Source of the DNA: Polyangiales bacterium
Lineage (GTDB): Bacteria; Myxococcota_A; Polyangia; Polyangiales; Polyangiaceae
Assembly (NCBI GenBank): GCA_038231275.1
Contig: JBBRLQ010000002.1
Location: forward strand, 160,001 to 224,000
Reading direction: 5' to 3'
Length of the DNA stretch: 64,000 bases
Shown: positions 10,701 through 18,347 of the stretch, in pieces
Layout: each line of letters starts with the position of its first letter
Position numbering within the stretch: the first letter of the stretch is position 1
Made by a program: the position numbers and the translations under genes
Notes under the pieces: model-generated
Seen by the model: the letters and a program-made list of their open reading frames with translations, nothing else
Told to the model about the DNA's origin: nothing
Database searches by the model: none

Positions 10701-10872
10701 CGTCGAACGTCGTCGCGCACGCGCGCGAGCCATCGGCGCGCCACCAGGTCCACGGCCCGACGTTCTTGCCCTTCGCCTTCGCGCCGCGCTCCCACTGCTC
10801 CTCGTCCGTGTTGAACCGCGCATCCTCGGGGACGCCGGGCGGACGAGTCTTCTGGGAGGGCCTCCTCGACAT
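7750..10872 (-). CDS. Large multidomain protein: MORN/YwqK-like N-terminus, SMI1/KNR4(SUKH)-like middle, HEAT repeats
   Basis: GPWTWWRADG..GRLHGDFARYHPDG..GTFAHG (MORN-like); EVEEVWGRPAPPEL..IGEASNGDTWHF..GQIYLYSHEE (SUKH-like); repeated LGxLGDxxAxxxL helices; start set at second ATG. Confidence 0.7.
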   Translation of the reverse strand: MSRRPSQKTRPPGVPEDARFNTDEEQWERGAKAKGKNVGPWTWWRADGSRACATTFDDEGRLHGDFARYHPDGAVSRVGTFAHGQHVGRESFYRSPHRSAEHFPVEARSVARMVLDHDAEEEEQVRYYDRRGRETTAFGVPLSEWRDDRLFVGARPAAFLRERLDGYLRAYHGLPKRLPRVAALDEVEEVWGRPAPPELEALVRMTAAMKGGRLFELAPAFGSPRLPPKSKNLIEALVLADQKSYVGLSLVQPLAGVVAIGEASNGDTWHFGLFDDLHSDARGDGQIYLYSHEEHSLCDPITPDASTFAYLSAICDARARGIVSPRAFGRAYGRLKRRVAATPHFAGLEARAVPEAGDSFRYKSQAILPRFLFFRSLWINYLLRNNGTVTVDDMPRVFVDSANEPITEHSWKGWMARAPLEVPTAMYILFRCFFFDDEARLADVVTACGESPSRLIRDAAKLAGELQDGRKTLGTIRNVRKLKTDFLALDLDPNRREQREREKDGGGRSAQTRAKASRVAAVRAIDAGVGLEDLAWEKLDDANAHDEVLRAMRGEEEMQETLAIVDYIDNDGHAHDNLILEHEREEALLALAELGSSRIVPILVGRARRGDRKAVEMLAALKDPRAVAHMLALLDGRADRYHHFDTAVVHALRTHGARGAVPKLLAILARNPLVDWKTGIERGDLVQELVLALGSLGDRSAAPALLQVLAQTNKEYDEVLPLAAGALGALGAAEAAGPLAQRLDRANEAASAEEIWAYGEICAKDPEAYDVARARLARLSGLDAAAEVVRAAALAKLGGERAPFVEAFHVALGEPGHRKADTSRQRIWAWRCFGELGGPSPDVVTVRQFLTTDDHGVRTAATKALARQGVEAPDARLYFSFALAARERIGGLGALHDAVSDPWGVFRYNAALRVAKVADPSSVPVLVSAMRTFYEEPVTSTYEYDDPPYHLRWFARALGSFAADEATACLIEGLSSQNHHVRQVIASDPPKDERVIAALVRLLDDPRTLLRSRAQHALEAFKKSPAYARAMEERDHHAEA

Positions 10873-11030
10873 GTTCCTACTCCGAAGCGTCCCCGGGAAG
10901 CGCATGCCCCGTCAACGGACGGCCTCATCGTGCCGGCGATCGCCGTGGGTTCGCTGCCTACATGGCCCGTGGGGCGCCGGCGCCCGACGCTGTGCGTCAG
11001 CGCGCACGGAACGGAAAAAACCGCGGTCGA

Positions 11031-11828
11031 TCACTCCGCGCGCCCGGCGTGGCGGTAAGGACCGTCCCGCCCTCGCAGGAGCCACTCGCCGAGCGCGTGA
11101 ACGAGGAGATCGACCGCCGCGTCCGCAGCGTCGGGCGTCGCCGCTTCGTGACCGCGCACATGCACCAGCTGCGCGGCGGTCCGAGGATCCTTTGCGAAGC
11201 GCTCGTCGTAGATGGCGCCCGGAGCTCGCGCGCGCAACATCGCCACGGTCTCCCGGAAATTCTCGTAGCGCGTGAGCTTCATGCGCGGGCCGAGCGAGAG
11301 GTACTGCGTCTCCTGCTCACGCACGATCCACGGCACCCTCCGCTCGCGCGGCAAGAGGTACGCGACATGATCGACGACGTGCTCGCGCTGGCGCTGCAGG
11401 ACCGCCGTGGTCACCGCCGGCCTACCGGGCGAGCTCCGGATCGCCTCGCGCTGGCGCGTCGTCCGGACCACCTCCACCCTGCGCACGACGATCATGATCG
11501 CGCCGATCGCTCCCCACTCGAGGAAATCTCCTTCGCCATCATTTGCCCAGAGCGATGCGTCGTCCGCGACGAAGCGATGGACCTGCACCATGTGCGTCCC
11601 CGGGACGACGTCCGCCAGATCGAACATCACCGCCCCGTGCCCGCGCGCGCGCAGCCGCCTCAGCGCTTCTACCGCCGCGCCGTGATCGGCGGTCTGGAGA
11701 ACGACGCGCGGGAGAACCCCGCTGAGCCACCCGCGGACGTCGTACGGCGCCACGCCGAAGAGCGGCGCGAGCTCGGCCGCCTCGGTCTCGGCGTGGCCCT
11801 TGACCTCACAGAGCGCGATCGCGTGCAC
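11031..11828 (-). CDS. Hypothetical protein
   Basis: Coding-like ORF 11031..11843; GTG at 11828 chosen because TACCCT lies 6 nt upstream. Confidence 0.6.
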   Translation of the reverse strand: MHAIALCEVKGHAETEAAELAPLFGVAPYDVRGWLSGVLPRVVLQTADHGAAVEALRRLRARGHGAVMFDLADVVPGTHMVQVHRFVADDASLWANDGEGDFLEWGAIGAIMIVVRRVEVVRTTRQREAIRSSPGRPAVTTAVLQRQREHVVDHVAYLLPRERRVPWIVREQETQYLSLGPRMKLTRYENFRETVAMLRARAPGAIYDERFAKDPRTAAQLVHVRGHEAATPDAADAAVDLLVHALGEWLLRGRDGPYRHAGRAE

Positions 11829-11898
11829 CGTCCAAGGGTACACAAAACGCGCGCGGCCAGGCGAATCGCCCGGCCGCGTACACCCCTCTAGCTGCCGT

Positions 11899-12537
11899 TC
11901 ACTTGTTCGGCTGGGGCGTCATCCTCAAGTACGGCTTCACGATGCGGAAGCCCTTCGGGAACTTCTGCTTCAGCACCTCGGGGTCTTGCAGCGACGGGAC
12001 GATCACGCACTCCTGGCCGTCCTTCCAATCCGCCGGGGTCGCCACCGAGTGGCTGTCGGTGAGCTGGAGCGAGTCGATCACGCGGAGGAGCTCGTCGAAG
12101 TTGCGGCCGGTGCTGGCGGGGTAGGTCAGCATGAGGCGGATCTTCTTGTTGGGATCGATCACGAACACCGAGCGCACGGTGAGCGTGTCGTTCGCCTCCG
12201 GGTGGATCATGTCGTAGAGCTTCGACACCTTCCGATCGGCGTCGCCGAGGATCGGAAAGTTCATCTTCGCGTCCTGCGTCTCCTCGATGTCCCCGATCCA
12301 CTTCTTGTGGGATGCGACGTCGTCGACGCTGAGGGCAACGATCTTGACGTTGCGCTTCTCGAACTCGCCCTTGAGCTTCGAGGCGCGTCCGAGCTCGGTG
12401 GTGCACACCGGCGTGAAGTCTTTGGGGTGCGAGAAGAGGACCGCCCACTTGTTCCCGATCCACTCGTGGAACTTGATGGGGCCCTCGGTCGACTCCTGGG
12501 TGAAATCGGGGGCAATGCTTCCGAGGTGTAGCGTCAT
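11899..12537 (-). CDS. 1-Cys peroxiredoxin (Prx6 family)
   Basis: FSHPKDFTPVCTTE, YPASTGRNFDE, ATPADW; AAGGAG RBS. Confidence 0.95.
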   Translation of the reverse strand: MTLHLGSIAPDFTQESTEGPIKFHEWIGNKWAVLFSHPKDFTPVCTTELGRASKLKGEFEKRNVKIVALSVDDVASHKKWIGDIEETQDAKMNFPILGDADRKVSKLYDMIHPEANDTLTVRSVFVIDPNKKIRLMLTYPASTGRNFDELLRVIDSLQLTDSHSVATPADWKDGQECVIVPSLQDPEVLKQKFPKGFRIVKPYLRMTPQPNK

Positions 12538-12599
12538 GGCGGTCTCCTTCTTTTTCCTGAATTTGGGCGGTCACGCTACCGCTCCTCGGCGTCCGATGT

Positions 12600-13755
12600 C
12601 TACGGGGCGCGGGAGGCGTCGACCTCGACCGTCAAAGCTTCCAGGACCGGCACCTCCCCGGCCCGATCGGTGAGGCCGAGCGCGGCGAGGGCCTCCTCGG
12701 TGATGGCCCTCGCGCGGAGGCGCACGACCGCCTGCGTGAAGCCGGAGATCGGAGCCGCGACGTGAAATGAGCGTGATTCGCCGGGCTCCAGCGCACGCCT
12801 CTCCACGGCGTCGGCGTCGGTGACGAGCGCAACCGCGACGCCCCCGCGTGTTGCGCGCGCGCCGAGCTCGAGGACGCCGGGCGCCGTCACGACGACGCCG
12901 GAAGCTCCGTGGAAGTCGACGTCGATCCAGATGCGCCTCAAGAACGAAGCGCCCGTGGGGATGGCATGGCCGGCCAGGCCGGTGCTTACGGAAACGTCGA
13001 CGCCATCACCGGCCGCGTGCGCGTCGATCGTGAGCGCGGACGCGAGGAGAGCGCGTGAGCGTTCGGCGGCGCGCGTCGCTTCGGCCGGCGGCGCGCCCCA
13101 CGGGGGGTCGAGCCCGACGAAGCCGTGGTCGACGCGGCGGCGCACGACGTCGACCCCGACGGCGATCGGTGCGGGATCGAGCTCGGGCATGTGGCACGAC
13201 GCGCAGCCGGCTCCGGCGCGGGCGGCGGGCGACGCGCGGTGCTCCGTCAACGTCGGCTCGGTGAAGAGGTTCGGCCCGGTGACCTCGTGGCACGTGCCGC
13301 ACAGGATGGGCGAGCCGAGGAGATCGTACGCGCGTGAGCCGTGCGCGGGCGTCGCGCGCGGGTCGGCGAACGGACCGTTGATCGGCGCGCCCACGTCCAC
13401 CACGAGTCGTCCGTCACGCTCGGCGGTGTTGCCGATCGCGGAGTGGCACGCGACGCAGCCGATGCCGTCGTCTCCTCCATGACCCGGCGCATGGCACGAC
13501 ACGCACCGCGCGCGCGCGTCATCCCCCCACGCGGCGGCCACGCGCGGGAGCATCGCCGCGAGCACGGGCGAGCCGGCGCTCGAGGCGTGGCGCGACGTGC
13601 TCCATGCGTCGTGCTGCGCCGCGTGACACGTGCCGCACGCGCCCGCGCGCGTATCGCCGGAAAATTCCCGCCTCTTTCTGGGCACACGCCGAGGCGACGA
13701 GCGCGATCGCGAGGGCGATCGCCAGGACGACGGGCAGCGCCGCGGCGCGGATCAT
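12600..13755 (-). CDS. Five-heme cytochrome c lipoprotein, apparently frameshifted near 13665
   Basis: Five CxxCH motifs (CGTCH, CVSCH, CVACH, CGTCH, CASCH) in frame 12600..13685; signal/lipobox MIRAAALPVVLAIALAIALVASAC starts at ATG 13755 (ATGA overlap with upstream stop) in another frame. Confidence 0.8.
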
Positions 13756-14381
13756 TGCCCGAGGTGCAACGCGAGCCCGGTCGTCGGCTGGAAGATCGCG
13801 AGCGCGCGCTCGCTCGATCCGACCGAGCCGGTCCACCCCTGCCCCGTTCGATCGTGCGCGAGGTACCCGATCGCCTGCAAATCGAGGAACCACGAGAGAC
13901 GATCGTGGAGCGATACCTCGAGGCCCGCGCCGCCGTGGACGCCGAACAGAATGTCGTCCGCGCGCGGCGCCCCGGCGTGCTGGGGCTCGACGAAGCTGAA
14001 TACCGTGCACGCGCCGGCGAGGACGCGGAACCGAACGTCGCGCGTCAGATCGAACGGCAAATACAGGTTGAACCCGATCGGATGATCGTGGCGCAGCCCG
14101 CCCGGCCAATCGACGATGAGGGACTCGGCCAAGACCTCGACGCCGAAGGTGCGCGGCACCATCTCCCAGCGCGCGCGCCCGCCGACGCCGCCCGCGGTGT
14201 ACCCGCCGGCCCACCCCACGCCATAGCCCGCGAGCGCGAACGGCCGGTCGAACGCGCTCTTCGGCGCGGTCTGCACGACCGGCGGCGCGTCGGCGGCGTG
14301 TGCGGTGGACGTGGCTCCGAAGCACGCGACGATCGCCGCGAGCCCGATCGAGACTCTCTTTGGGAAGACGAAGCGCATCAT
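13752..14381 (-). CDS. Secreted protein, probable small outer-membrane beta-barrel
   Basis: Signal peptide ending AHA-A; alternating beta-strand patterns (GVHGGAGLEVSL, SWFLDLQAIGY, TTGLALHL at C-terminus). Confidence 0.65.
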   Translation of the reverse strand: MMRFVFPKRVSIGLAAIVACFGATSTAHAADAPPVVQTAPKSAFDRPFALAGYGVGWAGGYTAGGVGGRARWEMVPRTFGVEVLAESLIVDWPGGLRHDHPIGFNLYLPFDLTRDVRFRVLAGACTVFSFVEPQHAGAPRADDILFGVHGGAGLEVSLHDRLSWFLDLQAIGYLAHDRTGQGWTGSVGSSERALAIFQPTTGLALHLGQ

Positions 14382-14390
14382 GCTTCGTAC

Positions 14391-14416
14391 GTGGAGCCTT
14401 CCCTCGCGCGTTATGA
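14391..14416 (-). promoter_or_regulatory. Putative ECF promoter TCATAA-N13-GCTCCAC upstream of barrel/cytochrome pair
   Basis: Same motif and spacing recur at 15800-15825 upstream of the ECF gene. Confidence 0.6.
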
Positions 14417-14430
14417 AGGCGCGCGCGATT

Positions 14431-15204
14431 TCAGTCCCCGAGGAGCGCGTCGATCCTGCGCTGCTGCGCGGAGCCAGGGTAGCGCGCGGCGAACCGTCGG
14501 GAGCGCTGCGAGGCCTCGGCGCGTCGCCCGAGCTTCACGAGCGCCTCGATCGCGATCACCTCGCGCTCCTGGGCCAACTGCCCGTTCGGGAAGCGCCGCG
14601 CGTGATCCGCGCAGAGCGCGAGCGCGCGATCGGGAGAGGAGCGAACGGCCTGGAGGGCCTCGTCGACGAGCTTCACCTCGGCGTCGGGGGACTCGACAGT
14701 CGGCGCCGGACCCGGAGCCGCAGTCGGCGTCGACGTCGACGTCAGCGTCGGAATCGGATCCGGCAACGGAGTCGGAGTCGGAGTCGGAGTCGGAGTCGGA
14801 GTCGGAGTCGGGGTCGGGGTCGGGGTCGTCGTCGTGGTTGCGGTCGTCGTCGCGGTCGGCGTGTTCGTCTCGCGGACGACCACCACGGTCGTCGTCGTTG
14901 CGACCGCCGCGACGACCACAGCTGTGGTGACCTTCGCGACAAGGCTCGTCGCGAGGCTTTTCGCGACCACGGCCTTCGCCGCGCCGGCGCCGACCTTCGC
15001 GGCCGTGCTCGCACCGCCCGCCGCCGCTCCGCCCGCGGCCCCACCTGCTGCGCCCCCTCCCGCAATGCCGCCGGCGACGACGCCGATCTTCACCGCGAGC
15101 GCCGTGAGCTGCGCGTCCGTCGGCAAATCGCTTCGCCCCGCGTCGAGGAGCGCGCGAAGATCGTCCGAGCCCGAGTCGAATAGACGTGTCGGACCGTCAC
15201 TCAT
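14431..15204 (-). CDS. Putative anti-sigma factor (single TM, Thr/Pro linker, C-terminal TPR-like helices)
   Basis: ATGA-coupled to the ECF gene; TM segment, (TP)n linker, HARRFPNGQLAQEREV..RFAARYPGS tail typical of myxobacterial ECF partners. Confidence 0.75.
   Translation of the reverse strand: MSDGPTRLFDSGSDDLRALLDAGRSDLPTDAQLTALAVKIGVVAGGIAGGGAAGGAAGGAAAGGASTAAKVGAGAAKAVVAKSLATSLVAKVTTAVVVAAVATTTTVVVVRETNTPTATTTATTTTTPTPTPTPTPTPTPTPTPTPLPDPIPTLTSTSTPTAAPGPAPTVESPDAEVKLVDEALQAVRSSPDRALALCADHARRFPNGQLAQEREVIAIEALVKLGRRAEASQRSRRFAARYPGSAQQRRIDALLGD
14767..14826. repeat. Hexamer tandem repeat (CGGAGT)7(CGGGGT)3 encoding a Thr-Pro linker
   Basis: Directly visible in sequence. Confidence 0.95.
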
Positions 15205-15791
15205 GACACGCCTCCCCTCTCCGTCTTCTCGGCGCTGGCGCGTGCGATCCCGTCTTCTACGAGCTTCCGCGCCGCATGCAGGCGGGAATACGCCGTCTGA
15301 AGCGGGCAGCCGACCGCCTCGGCCACCTCCGCCATCGTCACCTGCTCGATCTCATAGAGGACGAAGACCGCGCGCTTGTCCTCGTCGAGCTCGTCCAGGA
15401 TCTGGTCGAGCTTCGCCCGGGCCTGGCGGCGCGCGGCGTCGGCGTGCGGATCGTCCTTCGCGACGGCTTCGGGCATCTCGTCGCTCACGATCTCGCGCCG
15501 CACATGGCCGCGCTTTCGGTAGTCGGACGCGACGCGCACGCTGATGCCGTACACCCACGTGCGCACGGTGGACCGCCCCTCGAACTCGGCGAGCTTGCGG
15601 TGGACCACCATGAAGACCTCCTGGCATGCGTCGTCGACGTCCCGCTCCGCCACGCCGAGGCGCCGCAGCGCGCGCCACACGAAGGGCGCCAGCTCACGGA
15701 ACACCTGCGCCACGGTCGGCGGGGCGGCAGGCGTGTGGGGTGCCAGCGTACCTCCCGGCAAGGAGCTCCTCGGTTCTGCCCAGGCCCACAC
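15201..15791 (-). CDS. ECF-family RNA polymerase sigma-70 factor
   Basis: Region 2 FVWRALRRLGV..DVDDACQEVFMVV..TWVYGI; region 4 LDEDKRAVFVLYEIEQVTMAEVAEAVGCPLQTAYSRLHAAR; start uncertain. Confidence 0.93.
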   Translation of the reverse strand: MWAWAEPRSSLPGGTLAPHTPAAPPTVAQVFRELAPFVWRALRRLGVAERDVDDACQEVFMVVHRKLAEFEGRSTVRTWVYGISVRVASDYRKRGHVRREIVSDEMPEAVAKDDPHADAARRQARAKLDQILDELDEDKRAVFVLYEIEQVTMAEVAEAVGCPLQTAYSRLHAARKLVEDGIARASAEKTERGGVS

Positions 15792-15799
15792 GACCGTGT

Positions 15800-15825
15800 G
15801 TGGAGCGAGGTGGCCGTGATTATCA
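15800..15825 (-). promoter_or_regulatory. Putative autoregulatory ECF promoter TGATAA-N13-GCTCCAC
   Basis: Matches the motif at 14391-14416; lies 8 nt before GTG 15791. Confidence 0.6.
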
Positions 15826-16869
15826 CGGAAGAGCGAGCCCGACCCCCAGATCGACGACGCCGACGACCGGTGCCATGCGAAAGAGCTCCCCCTCGGTGCC
15901 GTCTGCCCGCGGGTAGTTGAAGCGATCGCGCAGGAGTGGGACGACCCCCTGGACCCCTCCGCGAAGGACGAAGGGCGGAAGGACCTCAATCGTCGCGCGG
16001 AGATCGATCGCGCCGTTCCACACGACGTGGTTCTCGTCTGCGCGAGACGGCACGAAGCCGGTCGGATGGCTTCGCAAGAGCCCGAGGTGACCCAGCGCGC
16101 ACGCATAGAGGTGCGCGCCTTTGGCGTGATGAAAGAGCGGACAGAAGCCGGCGCCCAGGAGGAAGATCGAGAACGCGTTCGCGGCGCCCGTCTCCGCCTG
16201 CGCGGTGCTGTCGAACCAGTAGCCGCCGAAGCCGACGAACGGGATGAGGCCTCGCGGCTCGAGCAGGCCGATCGCGGCGAGACCGACCGCCGGGTTCGGC
16301 AAGAATCCGAGCGCGCCCGTCACCGCGGCGCTGCCCTCGAAGCGGAAGGGCGCGGGCGGCGGCGGCACCGGCAGGGGCACGAGCACCTCCTCGCGCTTCA
16401 CGATGACGGTCGGGGGAAGCTGCGGGAGCGGCTCCTCCTTCTTGGGAGGCGGTGGCGGATCCGGTTTTCGGCCCATCGCCGCGTCGGGATCGATCATCAC
16501 CGCGACGACGAGCGCGAGCGGTGGCGTCAGGGCGTCACACGAGGCCTCGGGCCGCTCCACATCACGGGTGCCGAGGAGCGCCCCCTTCGCGTCGCGCAGC
16601 GTGACGACCGCGCGCCATCCTCCGCCGCGCCGCGGCTCGACGCGCCCCTCGACCGAGACGTCCGCTTGCGCCGCCGATACGAACACCTCGCGGCCGAGGC
16701 GCTCTTCGACCGCGCGCGCGAGCGCTTGCGTCGCGACGCACCCCTCGGCACCGGGAAGTCGCACCCACGAGAGCGACGACGTCCGCGCGCGGGACGGCGC
16801 GTCGTCGGCCGCCGCGAAGGACGCGGAAAGCCAGACTGCAGACGTTACGAGGAAGGCAAGCGGGCGCAC
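15823..16869 (-). CDS. Secreted ECF-associated protein: N-terminal Cys-containing domain, Pro-rich linker, probable C-terminal beta-barrel
   Basis: Signal peptide SFAAA-D; GAEGC..ASC pair; PPPP linker; ends VGVVDLGVGLALP. Confidence 0.65.
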   Translation of the reverse strand: MRPLAFLVTSAVWLSASFAAADDAPSRARTSSLSWVRLPGAEGCVATQALARAVEERLGREVFVSAAQADVSVEGRVEPRRGGGWRAVVTLRDAKGALLGTRDVERPEASCDALTPPLALVVAVMIDPDAAMGRKPDPPPPPKKEEPLPQLPPTVIVKREEVLVPLPVPPPPAPFRFEGSAAVTGALGFLPNPAVGLAAIGLLEPRGLIPFVGFGGYWFDSTAQAETGAANAFSIFLLGAGFCPLFHHAKGAHLYACALGHLGLLRSHPTGFVPSRADENHVVWNGAIDLRATIEVLPPFVLRGGVQGVVPLLRDRFNYPRADGTEGELFRMAPVVGVVDLGVGLALP

Positions 16870-16930
16870 GCCGCGCGATTTGTCGCACGAAGCGGCGCAG
16901 CGTGCCAGCGAGAGAACGCCGCGCGCGAAG

Positions 16931-17386
16931 TTACTTGGACGACGTGCGAAGGTTCGGATCGATGCGCGGACCGACGACGACGCGAACCGCGAACGCCGAC
17001 GCGATCATCGGGCTGATGAGGCCGGCGACGATCGCCCACGGCCCGTATTTGTAGAGATCGACCGGCGAGAGGAGCGCGTACGAGCCGACCACGCCGAACG
17101 GCGCGCCGAACGCCATGATCCACGCCGCCTTGCCGGTGGGCAGGCGCCGCTGGCGGAGCGCGAGGAGCATCACGTCGACGAGGACCTGGATGAGGGTGAA
17201 GACGGTCGCGAGCAGCGCGCCGGCGATCATGCCAACGGCCCACACGCCCCATCGACCCACCCACCGCTGGTCGGGACCGAACGCGGCGTAGAGCGTGGCG
17301 GCGGTCGACATCGACAGCCACGGCCCGAGCATCGCGGGGACGATCCACTTTCCGATTTGCGGTCTCTCGTAGCGTTCGCTGGGCAT
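16931..17386 (-). CDS. Hypothetical 4-TM membrane protein
   Basis: Four hydrophobic segments; AAGGA before ATG. Confidence 0.7.
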   Translation of the reverse strand: MPSERYERPQIGKWIVPAMLGPWLSMSTAATLYAAFGPDQRWVGRWGVWAVGMIAGALLATVFTLIQVLVDVMLLALRQRRLPTGKAAWIMAFGAPFGVVGSYALLSPVDLYKYGPWAIVAGLISPMIASAFAVRVVVGPRIDPNLRTSSK

Positions 17387-17483
17387 GCGTCCTTCTCTCT
17401 TCCCGTTCTACGTACGAGTAGCCCAAACGCTTCATTCCGCACGCCGGGTCGAAATCGCGCTCTCTTTCAGCTAGATAGAGCGT

Positions 17484-18293
17484 GTGGGTTCCCGACTCAC
17501 CCCCATCCTGACGTACGCCGCGGCCGGGCTTGCGGCGGCCACGACCGTAGGGGTCCTCCTCTACTTGGTGGTCTCGTTCTTCCTCATGCGCGCGCACGTA
17601 CCCGCGCGGCCGTTCCGCGCGACGCTTCGCGAGCTCATTCGCGAGACGTGGTGGGTGGTCCTCACGCAGCCGCTCATCCCCCTCTATTACCTCCGCGGGC
17701 ACGCGATGGGAGGGGACGGGCCGGGCGACGCGATCGTCTTCGTGCACGGCTACTTCCAGAACCGCGCGAACTTCGTCGGCGTCGCGCGCGCGATCCGGCG
17801 CGCGGGGTTGGGGCCGATGTTCGGCTTCAACTACCCATGGGTGCTTCGCGTCGAGAAGAACGCGGCGCGTTTGGCGAAGTTCGTCGAGAAGGTCTGCGCG
17901 GCGAGCGGGCGCGAGCACGTGTCGTTGGTAGCGCACTCGCTCGGCGGGCTCGTCGCGCTCGAGTACTTGCAGTCGGAGGAGGGGGCGCGGCGCGTCCGCA
18001 AGTGCGTGACGATCGCCTCGCCGCACGCGGGCGTTCCGTGGCGCGGGCCGATCCTCGGTGAGGTGGGGCGGCAGATGCGCAGCGGCTCGACGTTCATGAC
18101 CGATCGCGCCGGGCGCAAGCTCGCCATCCCGACCTTGAGCATCTACTCGACGCACGACAACATGGTGCACCCGGCGACGACGAGCCAGCTCGTGGCGCGC
18201 GGAGGGGTCGATCTCGCCGTCGAGGGGCCGGGGCACCTCTCGATCCTGTTTGATCCGAAGGTCGCGAGCGCGGTGGTCGACTTCCTTCGCTAA
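17484..18293 (+). CDS. Membrane-anchored alpha/beta hydrolase (lipase-like)
   Basis: FVHGY, VAHSLGG, IASPHAG, D and GH catalytic residues; N-terminal TM. Confidence 0.88.
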   Translation: MGSRLTPILTYAAAGLAAATTVGVLLYLVVSFFLMRAHVPARPFRATLRELIRETWWVVLTQPLIPLYYLRGHAMGGDGPGDAIVFVHGYFQNRANFVGVARAIRRAGLGPMFGFNYPWVLRVEKNAARLAKFVEKVCAASGREHVSLVAHSLGGLVALEYLQSEEGARRVRKCVTIASPHAGVPWRGPILGEVGRQMRSGSTFMTDRAGRKLAIPTLSIYSTHDNMVHPATTSQLVARGGVDLAVEGPGHLSILFDPKVASAVVDFLR

Positions 18294-18296
18294 GGA

Positions 18297-18347
18297 CCTG
18301 AGCGGAAAAGCCGGTCAGGCCTTCCTTCATGAGCGTTTCGCTCCACT
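18297..18347. repeat. REP-like hairpin CCTGAGCGG-AAAAG-CCGGTCAGG plus TTTCGCTCCACT, between convergent genes
   Basis: Near-identical hairpin at 26249-26271; 12-mer reverse complement at 2476-2487. Confidence 0.65.

Noticed and set aside
7703-10795. 1030-aa Arg-rich ORF and many similar long overlapping or antisense ORFs (e.g. 8923..11058, 28264..30369, 56215..58413)
   Set aside because: Shadow frames expected in GC-rich DNA; Arg/Pro/Ala-rich, no motifs, and they overlap well-supported genes
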